Shown one piece after another: positions 28,960-38,433 of a DNA stretch of 64,000 nt (positions are counted from its first letter, which is position 1; each line of letters opens with the position of its first letter). This DNA is from Schmidtea nova (taxonomy: Eukaryota): positions 256,866,001 through 256,930,000 of the forward strand of contig CM097883.1 in NCBI GenBank assembly GCA_044892505.1, in the 5' to 3' direction. A model generated the notes under the pieces. It was not told the DNA's origin, searched no databases, and saw only the letters and a list, made by a program, of their open reading frames with translations. The position numbers and the translations under genes were made by a program.

Positions 28960-29933
28960 ATAAATATATAAATAAATATAAATAAATAATAATATAATTA
29001 CAATAAACAACAATAAATAAATACAATAAATAATAAATAAATACAATGTGATAACAAGTTTAAAAATCAATAATAAACATTGAATTTATTCAGTAATTGT
29101 AACAATTTATTTTTATTATTCAAAGCACATACAGTTCCAGCACAGTGCGTTTTCAATTTTGGCAAAATTCTAATTTTTATTATTAGATCAATTTTTGTTT
29201 TATTTTTAGATCCGAACCAATTTCAACTTATTTCTCGTATATTTGTTTATTATACACTGTACAAATAGAAATCTTGATATTATTTCAATGAAAATTTAAT
29301 TTCTACTTTTAAAACATACAGTTTGTGATTTTTTTAAAATTGTTTATTTTTTCTAATATAAAAAAACTTTTAATTTTTTTCTATTACATAATATTTCATT
29401 ATATAACGGGGTTATTTAAACAGTGTTTTAATAAAATAATTTTAATACAATTTAATGTAACTTCATTTAATTTGGAAAAAAAACAGAATTTTTACATTTA
29501 TTTTGAGAAGCTAGAAAACATTTATATTTATTTTTGAATAAACTATAAAATGAAAATCATAACTTAATATTTTGGACTGTAAAAAATGAAATTCTGCAAT
29601 TTTTGAAATAAAAAAAAACTTTAAATGTCTGATGGGAAATAGATTAAATTAAAGATAAAAACGAAATTTATTTAACAAATCATCACATATTTTTTAATGC
29701 TATTAATGATTAATCCTGTAATTATCATGTATATCTGATGCATCGAGAATTTCTTTTAGTAACTAAAGTGATTTCGCACTAGTTTGCAAATAGAATTCTA
29801 TTATCAAATTTCAAAACAGTAATATATATATATATATATCTTTAATTTAAAAAAAAATATTTTTTTTAATATAATTTCGGTTTTAACTTTTACTTGAACT
29901 TTATTTTTTAGAAGATATTTAGCATATCTCTAG

Positions 29934-29934
<1 letters not shown>

Positions 29935-29998
<64 letters not shown>
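29935..29998. repeat. (TA)32 microsatellite
   Basis: Direct inspection. Confidence 0.95.
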
Positions 29999-30002
<4 letters not shown>

Positions 30003-32612
30003 CGGTTTCAGGGCGCCTCTGGTGTATCACAGGTGAGGCAATTAACCTGTTAAAACAGTCGGTCATTCAAAAACATAATCATTTAAATAATTTTAAAAAA
30101 TCTTGATTTTCAGCAAATTAATAAAAATTTCATTTTTAAATATCATTTCAAGAAAAGAATTTTGTTTTCCTTGAATTAATCTTTATAAACCATGATTTCG
30201 TTGAAATTCATTTTTAACAATTATTACTTTGCTAAGAATTACAGATTATGATTCTCGTACGTCTTCAGCAGTAGAATCTTGTATGTCGTATCCTCAGTGA
30301 CGTAGCAGTTGGTGGCAGAGAGAGCATATTTCATCAGGATGTCGAGAACTTGTGGCGCCAAAACGAACAAGAAATTTATTGTTCTCCCAATCAATGACTA
30401 TTCTTAATGAATAAAATGATAAAAAAAGTTAACAGTCAAGTTTCTCCTAGCCTTAGTATTTAGTTGTCGGTTATTAAAAACATAAATTAAATGTTAGCTA
30501 TAAAATAAGCTATTACTATTCTTAATTACTGCTTTATCTGCGAGCTTCAATATGAAGGATTGCCTCAGTAATCTTGCCTTTTTCAACTTTGTAGTAACAT
30601 TTTAAATACAATTAGCTTTGACGATGTTATTGACTAATTTACTTCAGTTAAAGCCAGAAGAATTAGTTTTCTATAGAACTAATCTAGATATTACATAAAT
30701 AGGCTAACCATACACCTACCTCATGCATGTATATTTGTTTAATTTAACTTTGATTATACCTTTTTAATAATGAAAGATATTCACTATTATTAAATTTTTA
30801 ACAATAGGTATTCGTCTCCAAGTGCTTAAAAATTTATTCTTTTTAATTAAAATTTTTCATTCCAGTAAAACTGAACTTTATATTTAATGCGAATCATATG
30901 CCTAAATAGGATAGGGCGCATTTTTTATACCTCGCCTTTAATAGTCGGAAATCATAGATCATCATGTATATAAATCGTTGAAGATATAATATATATATTT
31001 TTGTGTTATATTTATGAAATTTTGTGTGAAAATATTTTTATCGATTCTGTTGTGTTTTGAATAGACTAAAATCCAATTTAATTGACAATTAAAATATTTT
31101 TTAAGTTATTCTAAAGTAGAAATTTTTTTAATTTGTGTTGGGCCCGCCAAATCACCTAAAAAACACAATAAAACGAACAAAAGCATGAAACAATAAGGAA
31201 ATAATAAAAATAAAAATAGCAAGAAAAACAAATTAAAAATAACAATAAAACGACAAATAATAATTGATAAATTTTCAGTAAAAGGAAATTTTGAAAATAA
31301 ACCGGTAAACAACCGCAAAAGGGGGCCTGAAATAAGAAAAAATAGAATTAAATAAAATAATAGTACAAATAATTAATTAATTACTTGGAAAATCAGGACC
31401 ACCCAGCGAGAAACCGGAAAAGGAAACAAAATAATGTTTAGGTTAGAATAAAATAATAAAAATACTTTGATGGACGGCCTGATCCTGATTGGTCAATCCA
31501 ACCAGACGGATCAGTATAAATACCGATCCAAAAATCACAACAAAAAAAAACGTTTTACTTTTCACTTACAATCAAGACTAAACTTTGATTTAAGTAATAT
31601 TTCATTGAACAAAACGAGATTTTTTGAAAAAACAGAATTTCATACAAGGAACCACACATTCAAGTACGGAAGTAAATTTTTATTTTATTTTGTCTTATAT
31701 GATGTACCCATGATTTTTATGCAATTAAAATTTTATATGTAAACGTTATTTTATTTTTTTTTGATATTGACACTTTAATGCATATAGCTATACTTCCTAT
31801 GCTGCTCACGCGGCGAGGGAGTCCGAGTCGTCGTTGTGGGACCTCACGGTCTCACATGGCGGTTCAACCTTTTTATTGTGTTGGTTTTAAATTTTAAATT
31901 TGGTAGTTTGAAACAATTAAATTAAACCATTCGAATTTAACCAGATATTTATCAGCGAGATTAAAGAATTTTGATGGTAGGCAAATTCCATGCTTATTTA
32001 GTCGAGTAAATTTTCAGTTACGAAATATCAATAATACGACTAAGTCCAGACAGTTTTCTGGCGATAAGTAAAAAGTCATCATTTGGTTGTGCAGGGGACG
32101 TAGCGCAGCAGGCGGCAGAGAGGATCTAAGGAGATACCAGGAGGGGTCAAGTACCCGATAGGCGTCAGGTACCCGAGACAAATGTGTCGACACACTAAGG
32201 TTAAATTTGAGTACGGGAGAGCAGGTGTAGCATGACAAGTTATAAAAATTTTCCAAGTGAATCGATCGAAATGGTGATTTTCAATTGAGGTCAAGGTACA
32301 GGATATCGCAACTGCATGACAGAGACTAGTAAAACTGAAAATTGGTAAATTCTAAAAATACTTTAAATTCCAATCTAAATAAAACAAAAAATCTGTAAAT
32401 TCTAAAATTACTTTTATGCCGATCGCTGTACATAGCGCGGTAACTCAAATTAATCTTATCCTGATCGTCGTACATGGCGCAGGGAAAACAAATATCTTAT
32501 CCGACCGTGGTATATCGCGGCGATGGTTTAATAACGAAATGGTATTAACTAAAAGGATTGAGATTAAATAGAATTTACATTCAACTCTTTATTAAATAAA
32601 ATAAAATGACAG

Positions 32613-33089
32613 ATGCTGACATCGGTGAACGAAAGATTAACGCGGATTCGGAACTCAGGAAAGGAGGACAGGGCGAATGGATGGTCAAATCGGCTCAAGG
32701 AGTTGCCCCAGCCAATTCTGCGGACCATTAACGCCCAAGCATACAAATGGAGACATGGGTTTGGCCGAAAATGCCCGTTCTCGATATGGACAGGGGGGAA
32801 CGACCAAATACTCTATCGAGGAGGACCGAACTGGCCCATTTCCCAAAGGCCGTACTCAAATAAGTTTGGCCGATTGATCGTATTGGTTAAGAACACTGAG
32901 GGACGAACAAGCCGTATAATTTATTGGGGGCATATCCCTCGACGAGAACTATGTCAACTAGGTCTACACGAATTTCTACCGCAAAAACCGTTCGGCAAGG
33001 AGTGCCAGAAAGGACAACCCTCATTCTCTTGGGCTCGTCTTCGTCGGAGGCCGATTAACAGCGAATTACATAGCTTGTTTCGGAGATAA
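32613..33089 (+). CDS. LTR-encoded ORF A (158 aa, basic, unknown function)
   Basis: ATG-initiated open frame, more GC-rich than the AT-rich flanks, intact in both LTRs. No family recognised. Confidence 0.5.
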   Translation: MLTSVNERLTRIRNSGKEDRANGWSNRLKELPQPILRTINAQAYKWRHGFGRKCPFSIWTGGNDQILYRGGPNWPISQRPYSNKFGRLIVLVKNTEGRTSRIIYWGHIPRRELCQLGLHEFLPQKPFGKECQKGQPSFSWARLRRRPINSELHSLFRR

Positions 33090-33273
33090 AAACTGATTGT
33101 CAAATGTATAAATTGTGTTCAAATATTAATATTCAGCGGTGTTTTTGTTTTGTTGTTTTGAGTTTTGGTTTTGTGTTTTAATGGTTCGTATTCGTAACCT
33201 AATAATCCTATAATCAGATTTTAATTTTTCACATAATTTAATCATAAAGTGAATATCCTAAATAAATTATAGA

Positions 33274-33870
33274 ATGACCACCGATTTGATGCAGAGAGAA
33301 TTGGAAAAGATGTGGCGGATCCGGAGAGCCCAGGACAAGGAATTGGGTCTCCTCAAGGCACAATTGATCAAAGCAGAGGCACAGATTGCATACTTGCGCA
33401 AAAGCTGGTTTGCTCCGGCCAGAATGAAGGAGCAAATCAGTAAAACCGAGCGCGCCCAACAGACTGCAGCCGATTACCAAATGGAATGGGAGGCTACAAA
33501 GATAGAACTCCGAAAATGCCTCCATTCCGTAACTGCCTCATATATTGAGAAAGAGCTCAGAGAGCAAATCCGTCCGGTTACGTATCAAGCTTGGACATCA
33601 GAAAAGAAGACTGTGAATTCCATTGGTACGGATGTCGCCGATCTAATCGAAAGTCGGAATGAGACGGCTCCTGCAGCAAATTCAACCACCTCAACGACAA
33701 CTGCGCACCAGAAACGCAAGCGCATTGGGCAGAAACGGCGAAGACAGAGGAAATTATTCGCTCAACGATTACAGAGTCAGGTAGATGGTCTACATCAGAT
33801 GACCGAAGAAGAATTATTGACGGAGATTTTTCCTCCGGCTGGAGTTTTTACAGAACTAGTTAAAAATTAA
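33274..33870 (+). CDS. LTR-encoded ORF B (198 aa, coiled coil plus basic NLS-like tract)
   Basis: ATG start, heptad-like N-terminal half, KRKRIGQKRRRQRK tract. The stop overlaps AATAAA (33870-75). Intact in both LTRs. Confidence 0.7.
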   Translation: MTTDLMQRELEKMWRIRRAQDKELGLLKAQLIKAEAQIAYLRKSWFAPARMKEQISKTERAQQTAADYQMEWEATKIELRKCLHSVTASYIEKELREQIRPVTYQAWTSEKKTVNSIGTDVADLIESRNETAPAANSTTSTTTAHQKRKRIGQKRRRQRKLFAQRLQSQVDGLHQMTEEELLTEIFPPAGVFTELVKN

Positions 33871-33951
33871 ATAAAATTTTGTGTTATCTTAAAAAGTTTA
33901 TTGTTCCTTTAAATTGATTTGGTAAATTGACAAATAGTTAGATCAATATAG

Positions 33952-34042
33952 TATAAAAGTATAAACTCATCTCACAAAATACCTAACAAAGGTAAATGAA
34001 TAATTAAACGAGCATTTGTTAAAACACTTCTAACAGAATAAA
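33952..34042 (+). promoter_or_regulatory. Candidate LTR TATA box (33952-58) and polyA signal (34037-42), i.e. a putative U3/R/U5 layout
   Basis: TATAAAA followed ~80 nt later by AATAAA, ~300 nt before the LTR end. A second candidate promoter (GATTGGTCAATC, then TATAAATA at 31515-22) lies near the LTR start. Inference only. Confidence 0.45.
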
Positions 34043-34343
34043 CCATGTCAAGGATAAATTTTCTGAAAGATTATGGTAGAATACCTAAGCGGATGATTAA
34101 AGCATAAGTCCTTCTAACGGCAGCAATGGACCCGTAAACATAAATGGGGAGTAGTACTAGCAATGGTGCTCACCTGCCCATCATTGTTTAACCACCCTGC
34201 GCATCACCAACTTGATTATATAGGGAAGTAATCAAGGGCGCTTGAGTGTAAAATTGCAATTTTATGCATGATCATGGATGAGGGATCCCTAGTCATTGTT
34301 AGAACATTTTTCATCTAACCCCTCCATGAACCCAGCATAAATT

Positions 34344-34362
34344 TGGGGGCTCAGCCGGGATC
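34344..34362 (+). promoter_or_regulatory. Primer-binding site, tRNA-Pro type
   Basis: TGGGGGCTCAGCCGGGATC matches the classical tRNA-Pro PBS TGGGGGCTCGTCCGGGAT at 16 of 18 positions. It starts 6 nt after the LTR end. Confidence 0.8.
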
Positions 34363-34653
34363 AACTTCGTTTTATCGGAAAAATGTAAATGTAAAATCTG
34401 CAGAGAAGTTTAAAATGCTCGGGTCAATTAATTTAATAAAAAACAGAAAGGTTATAATTAAATTTAAATTATCGTATAAAAATTAAAATAACAACACGGC
34501 AGTGAACAAAAGTGAATTTAAAATTAAAATGCATGCATAGATAATTTGTCGGGACGACACGGGGGAGTTAAATATTAAAAGATACAAAACGAAACATATT
34601 ACTACCTTAAAACGATAAAAATAACAGAGTTAAAACGATTATTTATTTAGTAA

Positions 34654-35115
34654 ATGGAGGAAAAACTGAAAGAAATTGAAGAATTTCTCAACACAGAAAG
34701 CGAAACATTAGAAACGATCGGCAAGAAAATAAACCGATTTAGAGAAATTGAATTTCAGGAACCCACAACACAGACTGAGGAAACAGATGAATTAATAAAG
34801 ATAACAGAAAGAACAAGAAAAATCGACATAGAGACCCGCTACAAATGGTACAGAGCGCGATTAGAAAATGCAGAACTAAACATTAAGTGCAGGCAAATAG
34901 AACAACGATTAACCCCAACATACAATCGATGGAGGGCGCAGGGGGTAGAAGCAGCGAAAAAATACCGACAGTGCTATATATGTGAGGATAGGGAGATACA
35001 AATTATGTTTTTACCTTGCGGACATTTTCGTTTTTGTAAAATATGTGCCAGCAAGCGCGACCTATGTCCTATGTGCAACCTGATGATAGACGATAAAATT
35101 ATTGTATATTTATAA
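34654..35115 (+). CDS. IAP-type C-terminal RING finger protein without BIR domains (153 aa), upstream of gag
   Basis: CYIC-x8-FLPCGH-x3-CKIC-x6-CPMC-x3-I...IIVYL-stop is the IAP-like C3HC4 RING at the extreme C-terminus. The N-terminus is acidic/coiled. AATAAA overlaps the stop. Confidence 0.85.
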   Translation: MEEKLKEIEEFLNTESETLETIGKKINRFREIEFQEPTTQTEETDELIKITERTRKIDIETRYKWYRARLENAELNIKCRQIEQRLTPTYNRWRAQGVEAAKKYRQCYICEDREIQIMFLPCGHFRFCKICASKRDLCPMCNLMIDDKIIVYL

Positions 35116-35592
35116 TAAATAAAATTTGAATGGAATTTTATTGATTTATTAATAAGGAAATCATGGGTACAATTGTCATATATAAATAATTTTTGAGCTA
35201 CTGCAAAGTAGTCCGATAGGAATCCATTGGGAGGTACCGATTGATCAACTTATTCAAGGTGTATAGAAAGGGGCCCATCGCAAGGGTTGGAAAGTTTTTG
35301 TGATGTGATTGATCACCACATCCTGCATTAATGGACCAACGCGATCTTTTTGTATATTTTGGTTGGGGAGAGAGATAGGGAAATCTTGATGGAGTAAAGC
35401 GCGCATAAGAAAAATAAATAAAAAGTTGAAGCAGACTGTTTAGGAAATAGTTATAATAGAACAAAGAAATAAACGATAGTGTTGAAATAATAAAAGGTGC
35501 ATAGTCAGCTCGCATAGAAGTAGTTATAACTCAGCTGAGAAATTTTAATCGCTAGCGAAGTTAAGAATTGTAATTAACCGGTTAAGTAAAGT

Positions 35593-36203
35593 TTATGAGA
35601 TTTGTCCCTTGAAACAAAGGGTTATGAGATTTGTCCCTTGAAACAAAGGATTAGGAGATTTGTCCCTTAAAACAAAGGGTTAGGAGATTTGTCCCTTGAA
35701 ACAAAGGGTTAGGAGATTTGTCCCTTGAAACAAAGGGTTATGAGATTCGTCCCTTGAAACAAAGGGTTAGGAGATTTGTCCCTTGAAACAAAGGGTTAGG
35801 AGATTTGTCCCTTGAAACAAAGGGTTATGAGATTCGTCCCTTGAAACAAAGGGTTAGGAGATTTGTCCCTTGAAACAAAGGGTTAGGAGATTTGTCCCTT
35901 GAAACAAAGGGTTATGAGATTTGTCCCTTGAAACAAAGGGTTATGAGATTTGTCCCTTGAAACAAAGGGTTAGGAGATTTGTCCCTTAAAACAAAGGGTT
36001 AGGAGATTTGTCCCTTGAAACAAAGGGTTAGGAGATTTGTCCCTTGAAACAAAGGGTTATGAGATTCGTCCCTTGAAACAAAGGGTTAGGAGATTTGTCC
36101 CTTGAAACAAAAGGTTAGGAGATTTGTCCCTTGAAACAAAGGGTTATGAGATTTGTCCCTTGAAACAAAGGGTTATTAGCGGTTTGTCCCTTGAAAAAAA
36201 GGG
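35593..36203. repeat. 29-bp tandem array, 20 near-perfect copies plus 1 degenerate copy
   Basis: Unit TTA(T/G)GAGATT(T/C)GTCCCTTGAAACAAAGGG with period 29 from 35593 to 36172; the last copy is divergent. Confidence 0.97.
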
Positions 36204-36247
36204 TTGAGGCCAATGAGCCATATTGAATGACCTAGCTAGGCGTTAAG

Positions 36248-36406
36248 GAGAGATTAAATTGAGGCCAAGAGAGCCATTTGAGAGATTAAATTGAGGCCAA
36301 TAGAGCCATTTGAGAGATTAAATTGAGGCCAGGAGAGCCATTTGAGAGATTAAATTGAGGCCAATAGAGCCATGTGAGATATAAAATTGAGGCCAGAAGA
36401 GCCATA
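36248..36406. repeat. 32-bp tandem array, ~5 copies
   Basis: Unit GAGAGATTAAATTGAGGCCA(A/G)(G/T)AGAGCCATTT at 36248, 36280, 36312, 36344 and 36376 (degenerate), with a partial copy at ~36204. Confidence 0.9.
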
Positions 36407-37020
36407 GTGAACTATAGATATATCCGGATAAATAGTAATAGAGGGAATATAGACCCCTAGTGTAATCGTCGACGAGATTTAGAGTAGTGCGCACTAGTAG
36501 TTAAGAGAATGCGAGTAAAGCTGATTATGCAACCTTAAGTAAAGCATGCAAGGAGAATAGTAAAAAATTTTTGGGCTGACCGGAACAACCGGCAGAATAA
36601 GTAAAAACGATTGCTAGCAGGGAATAATGAATAGAAATGATAAAATAATGATAAACGAGTCAGAAAGACTCAGGGAATTAGAGCGCTCGAGCGACCAATA
36701 ATTTGGGAAACTGTGGGAAAAGTAATTGATTTGATAAAACATAGATAATTATTACGACATAAACAGATAATTGTGACCAGTCTATAGATAATTTAAATAG
36801 ACTAAAAATAAAGGGGAATCTGGGAATTGGGAAATAATGAAAACCCAGTAATAAGTAATCCCGAAAGAAAGGGAATAAAAGCGCGACGATAACAATAATG
36901 TATCGTTGAGGACCTTTGTATTTTAGATATACAAATCAATCAAATCAATCAATCAAGCAAGAAAAATCAGAACACGATAAGAGATAGGACAAGAAAATTG
37001 AGTATACAAAAGTAATCCCC

Positions 37021-38433
37021 TTGAGAAAAGGAGCAAAGAGTGTCGTAGTAAAGCCAACGGAAAAGAAAGTCGGTAGCAACATTAACAAAAAAGACAAAAC
37101 TAGTACTACAACAAAATCAACAAAAAAGCAGAAAGCCGGCAAAGATAACCCACAAGGGAGTAAATCGAGGAAAATAATAAGAGATAAATCGATTACCGAA
37201 AACGATAAATTGTCAATAGTAAGCAACAGCTCAAGTAACAAAGAAAACCAAGCCGAACCCAAGGAGAACCAAGCAAGTGAAATAGAGAGCGACGAAACTA
37301 ACAACGATAATATCGAAGAAATAGAACACGAGATAGAACAAGAAGAAGAAATCGACGAAACTAACAACGATAATATCAAAGAAGTAGAAAACGAGGTAGA
37401 ACCAGAGATAGAAATCAACGAGAGTGATAACGAAAGTATAATATCAGATAACGAAGGAATAAGAGAAACAGAAAGCGATTCAAGCTCGAGTAAAACGGAA
37501 GACGAACATAACAACGAACTAGAAACAAGAGGAAACGAAAGCAAAATAACTCAAGACAGCGGAATTGAAATGGGTGAACCAAGAGAAGAAATAAAGGATA
37601 AATTTTCAGGAGAACCGTTTAACGGAGATGCGAGTAAATTAGAAACCTTTTTAAAAGAATTTGGCATATTCGTGGAAGTATGCAAATGGAAAGCTGAAAC
37701 AACGGTAAGCAGAATTCAGTTATATTTGAAAGATAGTGCATTGGACCTATATCTGGAAGCGAAAAATGGTACCAATCCACCTACAAGCTGGACAGCGATA
37801 AAGGACTTTTTCCAACAAACATTTGGAATAAATAAAGTGCTGAGCGAGGCATTCATAGAATTCTCAATGAGGAAACAAAAGATGAATGAATCTAATGCGG
37901 TATACGCGAGCGAACTGAAAAAATTAGCAAAATCGGTATTCAAGGATGGAGGTCCAATAAACGAGGAGTTAATGGCAGCTATCTTCATAGGAGGATTAAG
38001 AAGACCCGACATAAGATCGCAAGTAGGATGTCAAGGATGCAAAACCATAGATCAAGCGTTAGAAACAGCTAACCGATTTGAATTGCATATGATAGGAAGT
38101 GAGGGCAGAATTTATTTAGCCATGGACACAGCACAAACCGAACCAGAGGTAAATCTCAATAATCACATTCCAAATTCGCAACAATTAAACTGACCACCCC
38201 CTCAACGAAGGAATGAAGGAAATAAAGTGCAGAACTTTGAAAACCAAAACAATTACAACCCTCAAAGACAAACAAAACAATGTAAAACATGCGGAAAGTT
38301 GGGACACTGGCAGCAAGAATGCTATCAAAATTTGAATTGCGGAAAATGTGGAGTTAAAGGACACTCGGAGAGTAGATGTTCTACGATAATCTGTTTTAAC
38401 TGCGGACGACCTGGTCACTATTCAAGAAATTGC
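37021..38433 (+). pseudogene. gag: Gag: acidic N-terminus, capsid domain, three CCHC zinc knuckles; one in-frame TGA
   Basis: FSGEPFNGDASKLETFLKEF...LYLKDSALDLY...SWTAIKDFFQQTF...RKQKMNESNAVYASELKKLA...FIGGL (retrotransposon CA). Knuckles CKTCGKLGHWQQEC, CGKCGVKGHSESRC and CFNCGRPGHYSRNC at 38281-38433. TGA at 38191-93, after which the frame continues. Confidence 0.9.

Larger units (their letters stand above)
31136..34337 (+). repeat. 5' LTR (3,202 bp)
   Basis: Near-identical to 54400-57600. Differences seen by eye: substitutions at 31490, 32685, 33455, 34195 and 34197, plus a 1-nt poly-T indel near 31755-63. Confidence 0.97.

Noticed and set aside
31131-31135. 5-bp TSD ATTTG
   Set aside because: It would need the A at 57600, which is the terminal A of the LTR's CA and is also present at the 5' LTR end. 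The 4-bp TSD TTTG fits better.
31106-32746. Short LTR ORFs (31467-31742, 32014-32256, 32079-32294, 32564-32746 and their 3' LTR copies)
   Set aside because: Mostly non-ATG starts or low-complexity composition; their duplication only reflects LTR identity.
35593-36203. CRISPR-like array (29-bp hairpin-containing repeat)
   Set aside because: The units are contiguous with no unique spacers, there are no cas genes, and the context is a eukaryotic retroelement.
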